A stretch of 13,653 nucleotides of DNA, taken from contig CBDCGL010000004.1 of the NCBI GenBank assembly GCA_965216755.1, forward strand, positions 1-13,653, given 5' to 3'. The notes under the pieces were generated by a model. It was not told the DNA's origin and searched no databases. It worked only from the letters and a program-made list of their open reading frames with translations. Of this stretch, positions 8,282 to 13,653 are shown piece by piece (positions within the stretch are counted from its first letter, which is position 1; the number at the start of each line of letters is the position of its first letter). Source of the DNA: Alphaproteobacteria bacterium. Its GTDB lineage: Bacteria; Pseudomonadota; Alphaproteobacteria; UBA7887. The position numbers and the translations under genes were made by a program.

Positions 8282-9334
8282 TTAATCTTGGTGGCTCTTC
8301 GACCCTATTGAGACTTTCGAAATCGGCAACGCGCCAATGATCCCGATCGCCAACAAGATCAGGCTTGAAGGTTCGGGTACCGCCGCAACCGCGGGTCGCG
8401 GCCCTTGCTCGAATCCACCGTCCCGAAATGCTGATACTAAGTCAGACGAATCGAACTCACGGTCACCCGACCAATCGCCGGTGACCCACGTCGAATTATC
8501 ATCGATGGCATCCTCGTACTGACCGGCTTCGAAAACGGCAACGAGATCCGACGAGTTGAATTCGCCATCCAGATTCGAATCACCAACCCACGTCATCAAC
8601 ACTTCGTGAACGTAGGTCGACCGTTCGGTCGGGTCGATGATCGTGCCATTGTCTAGCGGGATCACCAGCGGGAACCGGTCTGCAGCAAAACAGTAAAAGA
8701 GTCCATCGCCACCGGTACTTCGCAGATTACCCTGGCTGCACCCGCGGGACCCGTGTGCCGAATTCCACGAGCTTGGATTAGCGCCCCCGCCCGTGCGATC
8801 GTGGTGACCGACCATTGCGCTGCCGGCGCGGCTGCTGGTCCAGTTACTGCAAGTACTATCGCCATTCCCGGGCACAACGGTGCCATCCAATTGTGACCCG
8901 GTCAAAATGTCGTGGCGATTAGGATTATCGCCTCGTCCATTAACAATTTCACCACTTTCATTCAGGGCTGTTTCTTTGTTGAGATTATTTCGGCCGTGCA
9001 ATTCGTCAACGTTGTTGGCGATGACGACGCCCAGGGCATTGTGCCAGGGACCCGGGCCGATGCGATCGCGCGCATTGACTGCGACCTGATCATCCTTAGC
9101 CTGAGCGCTCAGGTAAGCACGCCAGGTACGGTCCCCGGAGCCTACGGCCGCAGCCAGGTTCTGGCAATGAGCGTCGGCGCCTGCAAGGCCACCCAAATCA
9201 GCACCATTACCTGGGCCGTTGCTGGTGATGAAGAATCCCATGGTAAAATCGTCTTGGCCAATGGAATCCTGAGTAAGGAATGTAAAGGTCAGAGCGACGA
9301 CCGACCCAGCCATGAGGAAACGGTTGAATCGCAT
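8282..9334 (-). CDS. Secreted endostatin/collagen-NC10-like (C-type-lectin-fold) protein with Planctomycete dockerin-like repeat and PEP-CTERM sorting signal
   Basis: Signal peptide; FFITSxGxGxGADLGGLAGADAHCQ, TWRAYLS, NARDRIGPGPW, HDILTGS, TCSNWTS, SWNSAHGSRGCS, GLFYCFAA; then GDSNLDGEFNSSDLV...GDWSGDREFDSSDLV; then VPEPSSLILLAIGIIG. Removing one C at about 8325 gives the canonical basic tail LRFRKSQ* (stop 8305-8307). Confidence 0.85.
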   Translation of the reverse strand: MRFNRFLMAGSVVALTFTFLTQDSIGQDDFTMGFFITSNGPGNGADLGGLAGADAHCQNLAAAVGSGDRTWRAYLSAQAKDDQVAVNARDRIGPGPWHNALGVVIANNVDELHGRNNLNKETALNESGEIVNGRGDNPNRHDILTGSQLDGTVVPGNGDSTCSNWTSSRAGSAMVGHHDRTGGGANPSSWNSAHGSRGCSQGNLRSTGGDGLFYCFAADRFPLVIPLDNGTIIDPTERSTYVHEVLMTWVGDSNLDGEFNSSDLVAVFEAGQYEDAIDDNSTWVTGDWSGDREFDSSDLVSAFRDGGFEQGPRPAVAAVPEPSSLILLAIGIIGALPISKVSIGSKSHQD

Positions 9335-9472
9335 ACTATTCCCTTTCTGCTTTGAGCATCGACTACCATGTTCATCCTCGGAGCTCTGAACATGCAGGCA
9401 TTGCGGACCGGTGTTTGCCAGCCGCTATTGTAGCGCCAGGCAAAGAAGGTCGCCACAATTCGTTATGGTTCT

Positions 9473-9700
9473 TCACTCCATTGTGCCTACGCCCCAACGG
9501 ATGAAGTGCTCCACGTTTGGGCCATCGGTGTGCCCGCCATCGTGTTGTCGCCAGGCAAGGGCTCCGCCAAGCATGTCCACGTTAACGTCGGGCATTCTCT
9601 TCTTCGTGTAGTCATCGCTGCGACCGAGGTCGTCTGCGCCGAGCAGTCGGTACACGGGCTGAGCGGCAAGGGCGGCCATGAAGCTGCCCTGATGGTCGAG
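9473..9700 (-). pseudogene. Orphan C-terminal fragment of a CE15-like (glucuronoyl/acetylxylan) esterase
   Basis: LDHQGSFMAALAAQPVYRLLGADDLGRSDDY...MPDVN...LAWRQHDGGHTDGPN...FIRW matches the C-terminus of this alpha/beta-hydrolase group, including the catalytic-His region (HDGGH). Only about 115 bp separate it from the upstream gene's stop, so the nucleophile-containing part is absent. Confidence 0.75.
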
Positions 9701-9814
9701 CTGATTGCCGAGGCGGAACATTCGGCCGTGACGAAGTAACACCGAGACACGGCGTCTCTGTGCAGCAATGAAAGCTCCACCGGAGAGCAGGGAATCGGTG
9801 TCTCCTCTATCGCT

Positions 9815-11070
9815 TCAGCCTGGCAGTGGCTTGGCCTTCTTGATGTATTCAGGGTCAATGTCGACACCAAATCCGGGACCGGTCGGCACTTGGATGATGC
9901 CATCCTCGCACTTCAACGATGAAGTGGCACAGTTGAAGGGCACGTTGCTGTATCCCTTGAACTCCATGTGGGCTCCAGCATTCGGAATGTACGACATGAA
10001 GTGGAGGCGCGTTGAGGTAACCCATTCCCCAGCCAGACATATGCGGCGTGCATGGCAGCCCGGCTGCCTTTGACATCAGCGCGACACGCGTGGAACGAAT
10101 GTAGCCACCGAAGTAATGCAGGTCCGGCTGAACGACATCTAACCCGCGATTCAGAATGGTCCAGCGAAACCGCCGCAGACTAAACTCTTGCTCGCCCCCA
10201 GCTATGGGCATGGCCAGGGCATCGGCGACTTTCTTGGTTTCCCATAGATCGTCGAATCTGCACGGTTCCTCAAAGAACGCGTACTTGTGTTCTTCCATCA
10301 TGTGTCCGATGCGAATCGCATTGGGCACATCGTATGAGCTGTTCGAATCGGGCGTAGATCGTCATGTCATCGCCAAAGGCTTCACGCACCATGGGAATCA
10401 ACGCTTCGGACCTGCCCGGACGTGAATCCTTGTTGTTGCTTAGCATGCCACCGACGCGAAACTTAACTGCGCTGGCGCCGGTTTCCTCCACGAGTTGACG
10501 GAGATAGTCGATTTCTTCGTCGGGTGAGTTTCCTCGTCTTCCGCTGGCGCGATACACGGCGATGTCGCGTCGACGCACGCCACCGAACAGTTGGCCGATC
10601 GACTTTCCGGAGACTCGGCCAAGTAATTCGAGGACAGCCATTTCGGCAGCCGCCACACAGACCCCAAAGCGCAAGCCCCTGAAGTTTGTATGTGATGTTG
10701 GGACGCATCAACTCCTCAAGCAGCGCCTCCAAGCGTCGCGCGTCTTTGCCAACGAGATAAGACGCAACCCGATTTTGGAAGATCGGAAACGTGTCGGAGA
10801 GCCAACCCGAATTGCCGACAATTACTCCTTCGGCGCCGTCGGTTGAACGCACGGCGCACCAAGTATTCGCCCTGGTTGCGAAGCAATTCCATCGACTCAA
10901 TCGTGACCGGATTGCGCAGATCCTCCAAGTCAAGAAGCGGTCCCGACGCAACGCGATCGAGTTCCTCCCGCCGTAACCTGTTCCGCCGCGGTTGCAGCCA
11001 AGCGGCGAGTTGCGGCGAGCGAAATGCTACCTGCTAGAGCAGCCAAGCATGAACGACGTGAAATAGACAT
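9815..11070 (-). CDS. Mandelate racemase/muconate lactonizing enzyme family (enolase superfamily) protein with Tat signal; frameshifted in this sequence
   Basis: ATG 11070 gives MSISRRSCLAALAGSISLAA. Reconstructed: VTIESMELL, VRSTDGAEG, LVGKDAR, YKLQGLALWVCVAAAEMAVLELLG, VYRASG, KFRVGG, metal ligands in YADSNSS / FFEEP / GGEQ, QPDLHYFGG, TPHMSG, VPTGPGFGVDIDP. Five single-base G/C insertions near 10970, 10855, 10663, 10351 and 10006. Confidence 0.9.
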
Positions 11071-11207
11071 GGCGGTGTTTCTTCACTGTGAATGAGCAAA
11101 AGGGACGTCATCGTTTGTTACTGCGCCGTGGGACGATCGCTGTGACGTTAACGCATGAGATGCAAACGTCCAGCTGTACCGCGTAGGCTCAGACAACGTC
11201 GCAGTCG

Positions 11208-12693
11208 CTACGGAGAATAGTAATTCCAATTCTGTTTGAGTCGTCGATAGAGAGCGTGGGACCATGGGCTGGCCAGCCCTGGGCGCTCGGCGTCCTCTTC
11301 ATTCCAAAAAATCTTCAGCCGACTAGTCCCGCTGCCGCCAGCTTCGATGATTACAACTTCTTCACGAAAGTCACCGGCGATATCGGCCGAGTAGGTTCGC
11401 GCAGCACGGACGTCAAAGACCTTGAGGAACTTGCCATTCATTGGATCAACAATGGCAGCCTTTCCGTCGAGATGCCTCTCCTTGACGAAAAGGTGGCGGC
11501 GGGAGCCAGCACCGAACCAGTCAATCGCACGTACGACATCGATTCCACCTTCGACGCCTGGATGGGAATCGCTGTTGACTGTACACCAGCCCCTCGGAGC
11601 AGTCTCAAGCACGCGCCATGTCGCTATGATCTCGCCACTTGAGTTCATCACCCAGGGCTCGTGCCCACAGGCTGAACGAGCAAACACTTCGAGGCCGGGC
11701 TGTCAGGATCAAAATCTCCAACGGCAACTTTGTCCGGATCTCGTTCACGTGCACACTGCCCCGTGGGTGGGATGTTGTCGCGTCGTCGGCCCCAAAGGAT
11801 CTGCTTCACATTGAACGTGATTGCCTCATTGTTGCCTCCCTGTTCGGCCAATACGACCTCGAGAGGGTTGCCGGGAACGATATCACCCATAGCGAGGCTG
11901 TCGAGGGAACCCAAGTGGGTACTTCGATCTCGTCTCAGGTCCCAGGAGCCCAGTCGATTGCCTTTGGCGTCGAGAAGGATTGGACCGAGTATTTCGTCTC
12001 GACCATCGCCATCGATGTCTGCCGTTCGAACCTGAGAGTGCTCGATCCCAAACCAATCTTTGGTGTGCCACAACGTCTTTCCCGTTATCAGATTAATCGC
12101 TCGTAGTTCGGTCTGGCCATACTGAATGATCGCGTCTTGATCACCTTTGCCCTGCAAGTTTGCGATCGCCAGTCCCTGACCGCCTGGAAACTCAAATGCC
12201 CGTTCGAGCTCGCCTGTCCTGCCTCGTCGAATGATCAACTTGCCCTGATGCGTCAGATAAGCGATGAAGGAGTTGCCATTTCCGTAGTCATTACCATAGA
12301 TCGCACCAGGAGCCTGGGATCCTGGATAACCCGTTCCGCCGTTTGCCGATCGAGACAGGCGAATGTCGTCATGCTTCAGCCAAAGAAGCTCTCCGTTGTG
12401 ACCGTACGCTCCAATGGCGCCGGGGCTGGTGACCAAGAAATCGATCTGGCCATCTCCATCGAGTTCACAAGCAAATAGTGAACCTCGATTGTCATTCTCG
12501 GGACGTTCTGTTGCAGCGCGATCACGAAGGGATTGGCCTGATATTGTTCTGAAGCATCGGCCGTTGTTGACAGCGTCGTCTCTATTGGATTGGGACTTCC
12601 CAGACATCGTTGTGGACCATCGGGAACGACTGAAGGCCATACAAGCATGATCGAGGTAATAGTCGTGCGCCAAATAGCTAGGCCGTGATTCAT
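11208..12693 (-). CDS. Putative secreted Ca-binding (FG-GAP/DxDGDG) beta-propeller protein, distantly PL11-like; frameshifted
   Basis: ATG 12693 with AAGGA upstream and a hydrophobic N-terminus. Frames join near 12505 and 11697. Motifs ELDGDGQIDFL, HSQVRTADIDGDGRDEIL, GDFDPDSPGLEVF, ADIAGDFREEVV, LYRRLKQNWNYYSP*. The start and first junction are less certain than the body. Confidence 0.7.
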
Positions 12694-12723
12694 ACGATGT
12701 TTCCTTTGTTTGGACTCAAATCG

Positions 12724-12897
12724 TTAGGTTACAACAATCGGCCACTCGAACGTTGAAGTCAGGGCAACTCGTTGTCCGGTCGCTTGCGACTTCCGTGCAG
12801 CGGTAATGATCTCAAGAACATGTAGCGCATGTTCCGGTGTGGCGAGCAACTCTCGTCCCGTGGCCAGGCATTCGGCCGCCAGGGCGGCTCCCTGCTG
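12724..12897 (-). pseudogene. Orphan C-terminal fragment of a Gfo/Idh/MocA family oxidoreductase
   Basis: Reads QQGAALAAECLATGRELLATPEHALHVLEIITAARKSQATGQRVALTSTFEWPIVVT* (TAA 12724-12726). EHALHVLEIxxAAxxSxxxGxxxxL is the typical family C-terminal helix. No start codon; only about 65 bp to the upstream gene's stop. Not in the ORF track. Confidence 0.8.
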
Positions 12898-12961
12898 CTC
12901 CTTGCTTGACGATCCTGAGCTGCTGCCCGCTGTGACGGAGTGAAGAGCATTCGACCATGTC

Positions 12962-13653
12962 TTACTCGGCCGAACTCTTCTCTCCCGGCGGCCCAGCGTT
13001 GTTGGCGATGCGGACGGTACCTTTGCTCTGATTGTTGATCCGCTCTGGTCCCTGGAAGAGGTTTTCGGTGATGATCGCGCGGTCTACAGCCTTTCCCAGC
13101 GAGACTTGTGGGCGGTCGATTTGGAATTCGCAGCCACGCACCAGGACCGAACCGCTGGTGGCTTGGATGGCATGACGGCCCTGCCGTTTGGCGTCCCATT
13201 GGCAGAACGTGCAGTCGCTGAAGCCGACCGTTCCTTTGCCGGCGATCTTGGCAATTTGGCTGCAAGGCCCCCAATAGGCGCAGTTCACGAAGCGGACGCT
13301 GCCTCGATTGCTGGCTGCAACTTCCACCATGGTCGGGTCGTCGCCCTTGAAGGCGACAAACTCGCCGTTTGTGATCAGTAGCCCATAACGGGCACACTCC
13401 TCGACCAGCAACGACGTCTGGCAGGCGTCCGCCCCAATCCCCAGGAAGTTGCCGTTGCACATGCCCGTGTTGGTTTTGACAAACTTGTAACCGACCTTGT
13501 AGCCGAAGCAAAACGTGTTGAGCACGTATTGCCAGTCACTCTTGCCAAAGATGAAGGCCTCGCCATGTTCGAGTTGCCATTTCAACGCCATCTTGTCTCC
13601 ACTCCACCAAGGGTTGAAGTGCACGTTCTCGATGCGTCCGATATCGTAGATGG
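12962..13653 (-). CDS. Pectin-lyase-fold (right-handed beta-helix; GH28-related/Pectate_lyase_3-type) protein, 5' end outside the window
   Basis: Frame is open to the window edge: IYDIGRIENVHFNPWW...GEAFIFGKSDWQYVLNTFCFGYKVGYKF...NGNFLGIGAD...LLITNGEF...FVNCAYWG...FSDCTF...VRGCEF, with beta-helix-style repeats. Confidence 0.75.
   Translation of the reverse strand, partial: IYDIGRIENVHFNPWWSGDKMALKWQLEHGEAFIFGKSDWQYVLNTFCFGYKVGYKFVKTNTGMCNGNFLGIGADACQTSLLVEECARYGLLITNGEFVAFKGDDPTMVEVAASNRGSVRFVNCAYWGPCSQIAKIAGKGTVGFSDCTFCQWDAKRQGRHAIQATSGSVLVRGCEFQIDRPQVSLGKAVDRAIITENLFQGPERINNQSKGTVRIANNAGPPGEKSSAE

Noticed and set aside
9735-9810. Short inverted repeats (GAGAC/GTCTC, CACCG/CGGTG) after the enolase-family gene as attC or REP sites
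   Set aside because: Stems are short, there are no attC R/L box pairs, and no second copy elsewhere in the window.
5067-11070. Programmed frameshifting or phase variation as the cause of the split genes
   Set aside because: Breaks sit in runs of only 2-4 bases with no slippery heptamers or long SSRs, and there are up to five per gene. Sequencing error is far more parsimonious.
12759-13511. 250-aa - strand ORF
   Set aside because: Alternative frame overlapping the beta-helix gene and the oxidoreductase remnant; Arg/Gln/Pro-rich composition typical of off-frame translation.

Overview
A gene-dense bacterial window, most likely from Planctomycetota (Pirellulaceae-like). That assignment is inferred from a Planctomycete-type ECF sigma/Ser-Thr kinase pair and a GDxNxDGxFNSSDLV-type dockerin-like/PEP-CTERM tail. 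Left end (1-1440): a patchwork of gene remnants, namely a phage terminase-like C-terminus, an internal piece of a ParB-type N4/N6 DNA methyltransferase and one PQQ-type propeller repeat, plus a hairpin-rich segment. Centre: an intact ECF sigma factor and membrane Ser/Thr kinase-TPR operon (- strand). Right: a secreted carbohydrate-related cluster containing a PL11 (YesW/YesX-like) rhamnogalacturonan lyase, a YghX-like dienelactone hydrolase (+ strand), an endostatin-like lectin with PEP-CTERM, a Tat-signal enolase-superfamily enzyme, a distant PL11-like beta-propeller protein and a window-truncated pectin-lyase-fold protein. Two orphan 3' gene tails (CE15-like esterase, Gfo/Idh/MocA oxidoreductase) are interleaved. 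Many genes carry single-base indels in short homopolymers that look like uncorrected long-read errors, so the ORF track fragments them. All family calls come from motif recognition by eye; no searches were run.
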